A stretch of DNA of 36,304 nucleotides from a virus. Lineage: Duplodnaviria > Caudoviricetes. Numbering within the stretch: the first letter of the stretch is position 1; each line of letters starts with the position of its first letter. This document shows, one piece after another, positions 17,291-26,859 of the stretch. A program made the position numbers and the translations under genes. The stretch spans positions 1-36,304 of IMG/VR virus record IMGVR_UViG_3300044645_001802; one strand, given 5' to 3'. A model generated the notes under the pieces. That model made no database searches. It was not told the origin of the DNA and was given only the letters and a program-made list of their open reading frames with translations.

Positions 17291-20089
17291 ATGGCAAACG
17301 TCCTTTCACTGGCGCTGAAGGTCACGGCTGACGCGTCGGGCTTGAAGCTCGACCCGGTGCAGCGTGCGCTTCAGCGGCTCGGCGACCAGTCCGACGCCCT
17401 GTCAGGGCAGTTCGCCAAGTTCGCCGGCGAGTCGTCGGCGGCGGGGGAGGCTCAGAAACGATTCGCGGACAGGTCGCAAGACCTCATCGACGCTTTGCGT
17501 GACGGGAAGATCGGAGCCACGCAGTTCGCTATCGAGATGGAGCGGCTGTCGGCGGCGGCCGAAGAGGAAGCGGCGGCATTTGAGCGGGCGGCGCAGATCA
17601 CGGAGCAGAACCGCAGCGAGGCCGAGCGGTTTGCCCGGTCGCAGACCGACCTGCGGGCGCAACTCGACGCCGGCCGCATTACGCAGGAGACCTACAACCG
17701 AGCCGTCGAGGCAGCAGCGAAGAAACTGACCGACGCGGAGCGAGCCGCGGCCGGGCTTCCGCCGCGGCTCGACAAGATCGCCGACTCGGGGGAGAAGGCG
17801 ACGCTCAAGTTCAACGAACTCTCGGGCGTGTTCTCGGCTCTGCCCGGTCCGATTGGCAGCATCGCCGGGCGAATCAGCGGAATCACCAGCGCCGGCGAGG
17901 GGCTGGGGCGGGTGTTTTCCGGTGGGATTCAGCAGGGGTTCACGTCACTCGGGGCGTCGATCACGCCACTCATCAATAAGTTCACCGTCGGTGCCGCAGC
18001 GATCCTCGGCTTCGGGGCGGCGGCTACGGCCGTGACCAACGGCTTGCTCCAGTTGGAGGACCGCGTCGAAAAACTGGGCAACACGGCAGACAAACTCGGC
18101 GTTTCGTTTCAGTTCATTCAGACGTTGGAGGAATCCGCCCGCCGCAGCGGCACCAGTATCGACGCGGTCAGTGCCGCGTTTGGGCGACTGCAAAAGAACG
18201 TCCTCGGTGTGGACGAGGAGAGCAAGGCGGCAAGGAAGGCGCTGGACGAACTCGGAGTTGCTGCCGCCGACATTCAATCGCTGGAGCCGGAGGAGCAGTA
18301 CCGCCTCATCGCCGAGAAAATGTCGCAGATCGAAGACCCGGCACGCCGCACCGCGACCGCGATGGCGCTGTTCGGCAAGGCCGGTGCCGACATGCTGCCG
18401 TTCTTCCGCAACCTCAACGGCTCCGCACAAGACATCGAGGAAGTCGGCCGGGCACTCACTGGCATCGACCGGCAGCGCATCGACGACTTCGGGGCGGGAG
18501 TAGACCGGCTCGGCGTGGCAACGCAAGGGCTGGGGCAATCCTTGCTCTTGCCGTTCGCCGGACTGGGGGAAGGAATCGCGAGGGCACTCGCGCAGGTCAC
18601 CGGCGGCATCACGCGGATCGTGGACCCCATCGGGAAGATACTCCAGCCGCTGCTCACGCAGATTGGCCGCAACTTTGAGGTGCTCGGCACCGTAATCGGC
18701 GGCCTCGGGCAGATCATTGGGGCGGTGTTTGAACCGTTTGCTGCGGTGGTCGATGCCGTATTCACGGCCGTCGAGCCGCTACTCGACTTGTTCAAGGGCG
18801 TTGTCACGTCGCTGACGAACGCCAGCGTCGAGACGGTCAAGTGGGTCGTCTCGTTCACTCCGCTCGGGCAAGTCGCGGCGAACATCGGTGCGATTGGAGA
18901 CACGATCGGCCGCATCGTGACTGTCATCGTGACCGCGTTTCAGCGTGCCGGCGAGTTCGTGGCGGGCTTTGTCGAGAAGGTCGGATCGTTCATCTCACAA
19001 GGCCCGCTGCTCGACGCCATCGGCAGCACGATCACAGCCGTTTTCGGGTCTATCTCCAGCGTGTTTGGTGCCATTTCCAGCGCCATCGGCGGCACGGTGG
19101 GACGGCTACTGGCGATTGCCGAGCAGTTCCTCGGCATCAAGGCCGCGGCCGACGCGGCCGGTGAATCGGTATCACAGGCCGTGGAAGTTGGACCGCCGGA
19201 ATGGTTCAACGACTACGAGAAGGCGGTCGAGAAGACTCGCGAACTGGTCAGCAAGGCCATCGACGAGTCGGCGAAGTTCGGGCAGGCAGGGTTCGACGCG
19301 GCTTTGCAGTTCCAAGAAGCGGTCGCCGCGTTGCAGCAGCAAGCCGACGACGGCATCCTCAACGAAGCGGCCTACGAAAAGGAAGTGCAGAAGGCGAACG
19401 CGGCGTACCAGCAGCAGATCGAAGTGATCAAGGGCGCGGCCGATGAGTCGGAACGGCGGGCCAAGGCAGAAGCGGACAACGTCCAGGGAATCATCGACGC
19501 CTACTCGCGGCAGCAGAACATCGACCAGAACTTCGGCGGGTCTGCGGAGCGGGCCAAGGCGGCCGAGAATCTTTTGTCGATTGAAAACGAGATCGCCCGC
19601 ATCGAAGCGGAGCAGCAGCGTGCCCGCGAGGCCGGCGATCAGAAGGCACTCGACGCCGCCACGCAGCGGCTGGCGACGCTGGATCAAGTCGCTGCCAAGG
19701 AGCGGGACGTTGCCAGCGGCGCGGCCGCGGAGCGAGAGAAGCAGCGGGAACTTGAGGAGAAACTCCGCGACGAAACGCTGGCGAACATCGCGAAGCAGCA
19801 GGAAGCGATCCGCAAGGTCAACGAGCAGGTCGCGGAGAAGAACACGGCGCTCGCCGAGCGGCAGTTTGAGATCGATATGGAGCGGATCAAGGAACTCGCG
19901 GACGCCCGCACCGGGGCAATCAAGATCAACGACCTCCGCGACGGCGGTATCGGCCAGTTCTTTGCCACGCTTCAGGAAGACCCCGCGCTTTCGGAAGCCA
20001 AGAAGCAAACGAAGGAACTTCAGAAGCTCCGCGAGGACATCAAGAAACTGGAAGCCACCAAGGTTGACATACTCGCGGGGGTTGGATGA
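17291..20089 (+). CDS. Tail tape measure protein
   Basis: 932 aa, helical Ala/Gly rich; ADKLGVS, AMALFGKAGADMLP; follows the chaperones. Confidence 0.92.
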   Translation: MANVLSLALKVTADASGLKLDPVQRALQRLGDQSDALSGQFAKFAGESSAAGEAQKRFADRSQDLIDALRDGKIGATQFAIEMERLSAAAEEEAAAFERAAQITEQNRSEAERFARSQTDLRAQLDAGRITQETYNRAVEAAAKKLTDAERAAAGLPPRLDKIADSGEKATLKFNELSGVFSALPGPIGSIAGRISGITSAGEGLGRVFSGGIQQGFTSLGASITPLINKFTVGAAAILGFGAAATAVTNGLLQLEDRVEKLGNTADKLGVSFQFIQTLEESARRSGTSIDAVSAAFGRLQKNVLGVDEESKAARKALDELGVAAADIQSLEPEEQYRLIAEKMSQIEDPARRTATAMALFGKAGADMLPFFRNLNGSAQDIEEVGRALTGIDRQRIDDFGAGVDRLGVATQGLGQSLLLPFAGLGEGIARALAQVTGGITRIVDPIGKILQPLLTQIGRNFEVLGTVIGGLGQIIGAVFEPFAAVVDAVFTAVEPLLDLFKGVVTSLTNASVETVKWVVSFTPLGQVAANIGAIGDTIGRIVTVIVTAFQRAGEFVAGFVEKVGSFISQGPLLDAIGSTITAVFGSISSVFGAISSAIGGTVGRLLAIAEQFLGIKAAADAAGESVSQAVEVGPPEWFNDYEKAVEKTRELVSKAIDESAKFGQAGFDAALQFQEAVAALQQQADDGILNEAAYEKEVQKANAAYQQQIEVIKGAADESERRAKAEADNVQGIIDAYSRQQNIDQNFGGSAERAKAAENLLSIENEIARIEAEQQRAREAGDQKALDAATQRLATLDQVAAKERDVASGAAAEREKQRELEEKLRDETLANIAKQQEAIRKVNEQVAEKNTALAERQFEIDMERIKELADARTGAIKINDLRDGGIGQFFATLQEDPALSEAKKQTKELQKLREDIKKLEATKVDILAGVG

Positions 20090-20994
20090 GCGTCTACAAC
20101 TGGCGAGAACTTCCCCGAGTCAACACGCACAAGATCGGCGAACTGCCGAAAATGAAGCGGACGTTCGTCGTCACGCTCAACACACCGGACACCTCGTCGG
20201 CTGCGATCCTTGATACGCTCGGCTTGTATCACGGCGTGTCGCACCCCGAGAAGTTGGACATCACATGCTCCAACATCGAGGTCAACGAGGGCTACGAGGA
20301 GTCGCGGTATCACGTTGAGGTCGTCGCGGACTACGAGGAGTACGCCAAGAAGGACTCCGAGAACGACGACACGAAACTGCCCTGGGAGCGACCGGCGAAG
20401 TGGACGTTTCAGACGCAGGGCGTCGCCGTCCCGGCCTTGGCGTACTACGACGGCAGTACACAGAAGCCGTTGGTCAATTCTGCGAACGACTTTTTCGAGG
20501 GGCTGACGGTCGATGAGGCTCAACAGAAAATCATCATCGAATCCAACCGCCAGTATTTTCCGTCGGCCATCGCCGCTGCGGTAACGAACTGCCTGAACGA
20601 CGAAACGTACCTTGGGTTCGCGCAGGACTGCGTGAAGGTTCAAGGCATCAGCGGCGAGCAGGCTGTCGAGACGATCAAGGTGCCGAACGCGGACCAGACC
20701 GGTAGCCCCCCGCAGATCGAAGTGCAGTACTGGAAGATCAAGGCCGAACTGCTTTGCCGCCAGACCGGGTGGAACTTGCTCCTGCCAGACGTTGGCTTCA
20801 ACTACATTGCGGCCGGCGTGAAGAAACGGGCTTTCGTCACGGACGAAAACGGCCAGAAGATTGCCAGCGCGAACCCGATCGCGCTCAACGGCTCCGGTGG
20901 TATCTCAAGCGGTCTGCCTGCGGTTTTGACGCGACGCATCTACAAGCGAGTCACCATGTCCACGTACTTTGGAACCCCACCAGCCACCTCATAG
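20086..20994 (+). CDS. Tail tip protein (distal tail candidate)
   Basis: Coupled to tape measure; LVNSANDFF, GWNLLLPDVGFN; role inferred from position. Confidence 0.6.
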   Translation: MSVYNWRELPRVNTHKIGELPKMKRTFVVTLNTPDTSSAAILDTLGLYHGVSHPEKLDITCSNIEVNEGYEESRYHVEVVADYEEYAKKDSENDDTKLPWERPAKWTFQTQGVAVPALAYYDGSTQKPLVNSANDFFEGLTVDEAQQKIIIESNRQYFPSAIAAAVTNCLNDETYLGFAQDCVKVQGISGEQAVETIKVPNADQTGSPPQIEVQYWKIKAELLCRQTGWNLLLPDVGFNYIAAGVKKRAFVTDENGQKIASANPIALNGSGGISSGLPAVLTRRIYKRVTMSTYFGTPPATS

Positions 20995-21003
20995 GAGAGC
21001 ACC

Positions 21004-21378
21004 GTGCCCGACCTCTTGTATTCCATCCGAGTGACGCTCGACAAAGACGGCTTGCAGCAGTCGTACGCCGCTACGGCGCAGACGTCGAGCATGGCGATCA
21101 ACGGCCTGATGAGCGTGACGCTCGACCTTGCCACGGCCACCGAGCAAATCTCGACCGTGACGATGACGACGCTTGGGTTGTGCGTTGCCCGGTCGCTTGT
21201 CACCGACACGACTGGCACCACGATCGTCTCGTTCGGCCGCCTCAGCGGTACGACGCTTTTTGAAAGCGTGCGGCTGGAGCCGGGCGAGATGAACCTGTTC
21301 CGCATGTCGCCCGGCAATTACGCCGCCAAGGCCAACGCCAACGACGCCCGGCTGCTCATCACCATCTTTGAGGATTGA
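21004..21378 (+). CDS. Hypothetical virion protein
   Basis: RBS AGGAG; Thr-rich beta protein. Confidence 0.7.
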   Translation: MPDLLYSIRVTLDKDGLQQSYAATAQTSSMAINGLMSVTLDLATATEQISTVTMTTLGLCVARSLVTDTTGTTIVSFGRLSGTTLFESVRLEPGEMNLFRMSPGNYAAKANANDARLLITIFED

Positions 21379-21381
21379 CGC

Positions 21382-21726
21382 GTGGCCGACCGCGTGACAT
21401 TCGTGCCGAGCGCCGCCGAGCGAATCGCCGCGGCAGTGCGCGGCTTTGAGGCCGGCGAGCGGAACGGCACGCCTCTGACGTTCAAGCGTCCGCTTCCGCT
21501 GCCCGCTGACGCCGTGTTCATGAAACTCGGCAAGACGACTGCCGCGTGGTCGAAAGGCACGACCGCTACGATTGACGTTTACGCGGGAGGGACGGCGGGT
21601 AGTGAGACGCAGACGGGGACGCAGGCTGGAGCGGTCAACAAGTTCGCCGACGTGTCGTCCAGCAAGTGGGTGATGCTCGGCCTCGGACCGCTGAACGCGT
21701 GGTACCTCATTTCGGCGGAGTGCTGA
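21382..21726 (+). CDS. Hypothetical tail protein
   Basis: RBS GAGG; AERIAAAVR.FE, WSKGTTAT, WYLISAEC. Confidence 0.7.
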   Translation: MADRVTFVPSAAERIAAAVRGFEAGERNGTPLTFKRPLPLPADAVFMKLGKTTAAWSKGTTATIDVYAGGTAGSETQTGTQAGAVNKFADVSSSKWVMLGLGPLNAWYLISAEC

Positions 21727-21728
21727 TC

Positions 21729-24335
21729 GTGTTTGAAGTCCTTGCCGTTATCGTGCAGGCAGACCCGGCCCCGTTCGCCGCGTGGGCGATCCTGCTACTT
21801 GCACTGGGAATGTACCCGGTTGGCATCCTGCTGCCGTCCTGCTGCGCGTGCGGCAACGCCCCGTGCGAAAACTGCCCGGCCGGCACTCTGCCCGATACGG
21901 TCACCGTGACATTCCCGGCGTGGGACGACGAGATGCTGGGCGCATACCGGCACCGGATCAGCATCAGCACGATCACTGACTGGGCCGCCGGGGCCGTCCG
22001 TCCGTCCGTCCGCGTCAACGAGACGGTGGCCGGCGTGATCACGAAAATCGACATCCTCGACGGCGGCTCCGGGTATGCCCTGATCGGCCGCGTCGCCCCG
22101 ACGCTGACGCTCTCCGGCGGCGGCGGCGTCGGCGCGACGTTCGCGCCGACGCTCACCAGCAGCGGGACGCCGGCCGTCTGGACGCTCGACAGCGCGACGG
22201 CCAGCGGCGGCAGCGGCTACGTTGACGGGTCGTCGCTGACGATCACGGCCGCGGCGGGCGACACGACGACGACGAAGGCCTCGGCGACGGTCGTCGCCCG
22301 TAGCGAGCCGACGATCACGGCCACGGCCCCGGGCGGCAATGGGGCGTCCCTGAGTGTTTCGCTGTCGCAGTCCGGGTCGCCGCCGACCTGGGCCGTATCT
22401 GGCGTGAGCGTGTCGGCTGGCGGCACGGGCTACACGAACGAAGGTGGGGTGACGTTCGCCAGCGCAGGCACGACCACCGTTGCCGCACCGGCTGCCACAG
22501 TCGGCACGCTTGAGCAGGCGTCGCACGCAGTCGATGCCTCCGGGGCCGGCGGAATCGGGGCGGCGTTTTCAATCACTTACGAAGAAGATGGGGAGTTCCC
22601 GGGCTATTGGTACATCACGAACATCACCGTGACCAACGGCGGTTCGGGCTACTCGACTGGCGGCACGGTCCTGCTCAAGCCCAACGCCGGAACGCGGTTT
22701 GGCTTGTGGCCTGATGGCGACGCCAGCGACATCGAGCTGGGCTATACGCTGTCGGGCGGCGCGATCGCGAGTGTGTCTGGCTACGACAACGCGGTGTATT
22801 ACCGTGACCGCGGCATCATTCAGTCAGTGACAGTCACCGATGGCGGCTCCGTCTACGCAAACACCGGCCCGGCCTACGGCGTCACCGTTACCGCTGGCGG
22901 TTCCTATCACCGCGAGGACAAGACGGCTGATCCGTATGTCGCAGCGCTCAGTTCGGCATCAACCACGGTCGAGGATGGAGGGGCCAACTCCTGCACGCCA
23001 AGTCTGACGCCGGTCGTGGACGACGACCCGTATAGCGCGACGTTCGGCCAAGTGACCTCCGTCACGATCGACGATGGCGGATGCGACCACAATTACCGCG
23101 TCCTCAACATCGGGAAACGGTGCTGCAAATCCATATTCGCCGGCAAGGCGTTCGTTTTGCGGCGGAACCCTTCCGACCCTTGCAAATTCCTCTACGAACG
23201 GTGCGAGGGTCTCGGTCTCACGCGCATCGAGCTAATAATCCCGGCGACCTCGGCTAACTACGGCCGGCAGCACGCAACGCTCACGACATACAGCGGCGAC
23301 GTTGCAAGCGACGGCGAAACCTGCGCGACAACGTGGACCGCGACGACGTTCATCGACGACTGTTCAACGCTCTTGCCAACTGGCGCATCGTCGGGCGACA
23401 CGCTGGAACTGGAAGCCGGCGAGCGCGTCGCGACCGTAGTGCCTGGAGGAACGTACACGGCCGCGGCGATAGTTGGTCCGTGTTCGCGGTGCTGCACCAG
23501 CGGCACGATGCCGGCCGAGATCGAGGTCGAGCTGGAAAGCAATACCCAGCCGAGCGCCGATGGGACTTACGTCCTGTCGCTCGGTGCTGCCGGGACATAC
23601 GCCGACACCCCCTCCTCTGCGGCGTGGACGTATTCGTCTCCGCTTGAGTTGGTCGGGGGCAACTTGGGCCGGCGGGTAACCCTGCGCGTGCAGTATCAGC
23701 ATTGCGGAGGCTGGGGGACGCCCAGCGGCACATACAAACCGGACCCAGACGAAACGAGCGATTCATGGTCTGTGCGTGGCTGGGAAAATGCCGCCGTAAA
23801 CGATGCCTATGACTTCGCGCCGCGGCAGACCGTAAAAGCCCCGTGGCCGACGGGGGTCGGCGGCGGCGTGCCGAATGCACGCGCGGAAGACCCGTTTCCT
23901 GGCACGCAACTCAACTCACAGGATTACATCTCACACTGCGGCGTGGACTGCTCGACGAAGTGTTACATAGTCGCACAGGTTAGTTTCTGGAACTCGTCGA
24001 ACAATTCTTACCTGACGAGTGACTTTATCGACAGCATGCCGGCCGCCGGCGCTCTGATCGCCGACGCGTATGAAGCCGGCGATACGGAGCGGAATAAAGT
24101 CATCGCGGGTTTCGAGGCGTTCTACAGTTACTTTTCTGTAATCCTCACAGGCGGAACCACCTACGATATCGACTTCCCGCCGACGATCGACATCCCCGAC
24201 AAATGGCCGGGGCGGCGAATGACGCAATCGGTCTGCACGGCGTGCGAATCGGACCTCTGCGATCCCAGCGGGACGGTAATCACTATCGACTTTCCGCAGT
24301 TCAACAACGACACGAACACGCTGACGATACTATGA
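21729..24335 (+). CDS. Large Cys-rich, GGSGY-repeat tail fibre/adhesin-like protein
   Basis: RBS GGAG before GTG; 868 aa; repeated V.V..GG(S/T)GY units and Cys clusters; last large gene of the tail module. Confidence 0.65.
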   Translation: MFEVLAVIVQADPAPFAAWAILLLALGMYPVGILLPSCCACGNAPCENCPAGTLPDTVTVTFPAWDDEMLGAYRHRISISTITDWAAGAVRPSVRVNETVAGVITKIDILDGGSGYALIGRVAPTLTLSGGGGVGATFAPTLTSSGTPAVWTLDSATASGGSGYVDGSSLTITAAAGDTTTTKASATVVARSEPTITATAPGGNGASLSVSLSQSGSPPTWAVSGVSVSAGGTGYTNEGGVTFASAGTTTVAAPAATVGTLEQASHAVDASGAGGIGAAFSITYEEDGEFPGYWYITNITVTNGGSGYSTGGTVLLKPNAGTRFGLWPDGDASDIELGYTLSGGAIASVSGYDNAVYYRDRGIIQSVTVTDGGSVYANTGPAYGVTVTAGGSYHREDKTADPYVAALSSASTTVEDGGANSCTPSLTPVVDDDPYSATFGQVTSVTIDDGGCDHNYRVLNIGKRCCKSIFAGKAFVLRRNPSDPCKFLYERCEGLGLTRIELIIPATSANYGRQHATLTTYSGDVASDGETCATTWTATTFIDDCSTLLPTGASSGDTLELEAGERVATVVPGGTYTAAAIVGPCSRCCTSGTMPAEIEVELESNTQPSADGTYVLSLGAAGTYADTPSSAAWTYSSPLELVGGNLGRRVTLRVQYQHCGGWGTPSGTYKPDPDETSDSWSVRGWENAAVNDAYDFAPRQTVKAPWPTGVGGGVPNARAEDPFPGTQLNSQDYISHCGVDCSTKCYIVAQVSFWNSSNNSYLTSDFIDSMPAAGALIADAYEAGDTERNKVIAGFEAFYSYFSVILTGGTTYDIDFPPTIDIPDKWPGRRMTQSVCTACESDLCDPSGTVITIDFPQFNNDTNTLTIL

Positions 24336-24637
24336 GCGAGTGCGACTTTTCTGCCGGCCTCGTCTGCCCCGCGTGCGGCTACCGCGCGCGGCACGCGAAC
24401 ACGCACAGAATCTGCCGGCCCGTACCGGAGCCGCCGCCGGTCATGCTGGGTGACGCCGTCGCTGCGGGACTGTCGGCCGTCGGCATTACGAAGGAGCGGG
24501 TATCCGCAATCTTCGGGAAGGACTGCGGATGCTCAGGCCGGCAGTCGTGGCTGAATGAAGCCGGCGTTACCGTGCAGCGGCACGCTCGCGCGGCGATCCG
24601 CGCGGCGGCCCGCTTCTACGGAATGGAGCAGCCATGA
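24332..24637 (+). CDS. Cys-rich hypothetical protein
   Basis: ATGA coupling; CPACG and LGDAV..GL..VGIT..DCGC..RQ.WLN motif. Confidence 0.7.
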   Translation: MSECDFSAGLVCPACGYRARHANTHRICRPVPEPPPVMLGDAVAAGLSAVGITKERVSAIFGKDCGCSGRQSWLNEAGVTVQRHARAAIRAAARFYGMEQP

Positions 24638-24861
24638 AGAAGTTCGACCCGGTTGACGCTGATGACGCGGACGACGAAGGCCCAAACCCGATCCCTGACG
24701 ACGATGGCAACGTGGTGCTGAGAAGAGGAGCGAAGCATGGCAAGGACCAAGCCCCCAAGAAGTCTCGCCGAGTCGGTCGAGGCGACGGTGCAAAACGCAC
24801 GACCGGGCTACACCAGTTGGTTCCAAAAACTGCCGCCAGACGCGCAGGCCGAATTCCTTGA
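24634..24861 (+). CDS. Hypothetical protein (acidic N-terminus)
   Basis: RBS GGAG and ATGA coupling; overlaps next gene by 125 nt. Confidence 0.45.
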   Translation: MKKFDPVDADDADDEGPNPIPDDDGNVVLRRGAKHGKDQAPKKSRRVGRGDGAKRTTGLHQLVPKTAARRAGRIP

Positions 24862-24994
24862 AGCGAGGCGGCGGTTCGACCGCACGCGGCACCAGAAAAC
24901 CGCCTTCGCCAAGGCACTGATCGCCGAGGCCAAGGCTCGCGGTTGGGCGACCGCCGGGGAATCTGTCCTCTGCGTATGGCTGGGGCAGACATGA
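24737..24994 (+). CDS. Hypothetical protein (small helical, possible DNA-binding)
   Basis: RBS GAGGAG; SWFQKLPPDAQAEF; coupled to next gene. Confidence 0.7.
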   Translation: MARTKPPRSLAESVEATVQNARPGYTSWFQKLPPDAQAEFLEARRRFDRTRHQKTAFAKALIAEAKARGWATAGESVLCVWLGQT

Positions 24995-26139
24995 AGAAAC
25001 CACTCGCCGATGCTGCCGAGGATCGTGCCGATGACGCCGGCCGGCTGGCAACCGACGCCGAACTTGCTCGGCTGCGGTCGGAGGTGGCTGGCCTCAAAGG
25101 GCGGTACAAGGCGGCCCTTGCTCAGATCGACCGCGAGCGTGAGCGGGCCGACTCGCTGACCACCCTGCGCGGCCTGACGCAGCCGGCACGCCGAGCCGCC
25201 GGGCCGCGCAGGTCGTCGAAGCGGCACGCTGCGACGATGGTTTTCATGCTGTCCGACGTTCACTGCGAAGAGCGCGTGGACCCGGCGACTGTCAACGGCG
25301 TCAACGACTACTCGCTGGAGGTGTGCGAGCGACGGCTTGCCGAATTGGAGGGCCGACTGTTTGCCATGCTCGCCCACGAACGGCACTTGGCCGACATCCG
25401 CCGCATCGCAATCTGGCTGGGCGGCGACTTCATTACCGGGCATATCCACCCCGACTGCGTTGAGGTGGCACAACTCTCGCCACCGAACGCGACGCGGTGG
25501 ATCGGCACGCGGCTGCGGGGCATGATCGACGCCATAGCCGCGAACGTGGATTCAGTCGTTGTCTGCACGAACGCCGGCAATCACGGGCGGTCTACCGAGA
25601 AGCTCCGCATCGCAACCGAACTGGATCATTCGTGGGAGCAGATGCTCTACCACACGCTCCAGCGTGAGGAGCGAAATCGGAACGTGGAGTGGCAGATTGC
25701 ATCCGGCCACCTTGGGTACGTTGACCTCGACGGCTTCGTGCTGCGAACGACCCACGGCCACAGCATCCGCTACTCGCAGGGCGTCTACGGTTTGGCCTTG
25801 CCGGCCACCAAGGCGATCGCCGCGTGGGATGCCAGCCGCCGCGCGGACCTGACTATTTTCGGGCACTACCACACGTGGGGCTGGCTGCGTGGCGGCCGGT
25901 ACGTGAGCAACGGCTCGGTGATTGGACACTCCGCGTACTCTACTTTCATCAAGGCCGGCGCTCACGACCGCCCCTGCCAAGGGCTCGTCGTGATTGACCA
26001 CGGCCGCAACGAGGTGACCAAGGCTTACCCGCTGTTTTGCGACGGCGACCTGAGGAGCAAGCATGACGACACTCGACGAATCCAACGCCGCACTACGAGC
26101 AGCCGTCCGCGAGCGGCTCGACGCCACGCCAAAGGATGA
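24991..26139 (+). CDS. Calcineurin-like metallophosphoesterase with N-terminal coiled coil
   Basis: SDVH, GGDFITG, GNHGR, THGH, FGHYH motifs. Confidence 0.85.
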   Translation: MKKPLADAAEDRADDAGRLATDAELARLRSEVAGLKGRYKAALAQIDRERERADSLTTLRGLTQPARRAAGPRRSSKRHAATMVFMLSDVHCEERVDPATVNGVNDYSLEVCERRLAELEGRLFAMLAHERHLADIRRIAIWLGGDFITGHIHPDCVEVAQLSPPNATRWIGTRLRGMIDAIAANVDSVVVCTNAGNHGRSTEKLRIATELDHSWEQMLYHTLQREERNRNVEWQIASGHLGYVDLDGFVLRTTHGHSIRYSQGVYGLALPATKAIAAWDASRRADLTIFGHYHTWGWLRGGRYVSNGSVIGHSAYSTFIKAGAHDRPCQGLVVIDHGRNEVTKAYPLFCDGDLRSKHDDTRRIQRRTTSSRPRAARRHAKG

Positions 26140-26578
26140 CCACAAGATGGCGGGATACCAGCCGTTGACGGAACCTCGGCACATCGCCGCAAGTACCGAG
26201 GATACGCAATACGACGCGGCGACGATGAAGGCCGCAGCGAAGCACGTCGAGGCCGCCCGTGAGTCCTACGCACTGAGCGACACCTACGCCGAGTGGGAGC
26301 CGGGGTTCCGCCCCGTCACGCCGGCAGAGCAGACGCTGCGGGACGCGATCGCCGCGGTCCGCGACCGGCACACGAAGTACGGGCCGCCGGTCGAACATTT
26401 TGGCCGCACGGCGTCGCTCGTCAACGCAGCGTTCGGCACGACGTTCACCTCGGCGGACTGGGCTCTCGTCATGGTGCTCGACAAGATCGCCCGCCAGATG
26501 GGGCCAGCGGCGACCGACGACGCTGCCATCGACATCGCTGGCTACGCGGCCTGCCACCAGGAGTGCCGACGTGCCTGA
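26063..26578 (+). CDS. DUF6378-like protein
   Basis: RBS GAGGAG; DR..KYG.P...F.R.A......MVLDKIAR......D...DIAGYAAC. Confidence 0.75.
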   Translation: MTTLDESNAALRAAVRERLDATPKDDHKMAGYQPLTEPRHIAASTEDTQYDAATMKAAAKHVEAARESYALSDTYAEWEPGFRPVTPAEQTLRDAIAAVRDRHTKYGPPVEHFGRTASLVNAAFGTTFTSADWALVMVLDKIARQMGPAATDDAAIDIAGYAACHQECRRA

Positions 26579-26846
26579 GCCGCTTTCCGACGCCTACCTC
26601 CAGCAGTGCGAGCAGGACGCCCGCCGGTTCAGCGGCGCGTACACCGGCACCTCGGGCACGCTCGCGGCCCACGTCATGCGGCTGCTCAAGGAGTTGTCGC
26701 GGGTCAAGGGGACGCTCGCCGTTGAGCGAGCGAGGCGTGAGCAGCACACCTGCCGCTGGGGCGACGACCCGAGTGGGCCTTACGTCTCGGACGAATTCAT
26801 CGGCGGCCTGCGGGCTGATGGCAACGAGTGCTGGCCGGATAGATGA
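26571..26846 (+). CDS. Hypothetical protein
   Basis: RBS AGGAG before GTG; MPEPLSDAYLQQCEQDARRFSGAYTGTSGTLAAHV. Confidence 0.65.
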   Translation: MPEPLSDAYLQQCEQDARRFSGAYTGTSGTLAAHVMRLLKELSRVKGTLAVERARREQHTCRWGDDPSGPYVSDEFIGGLRADGNECWPDR

Positions 26847-26859
26847 GGACGCAGGACGC

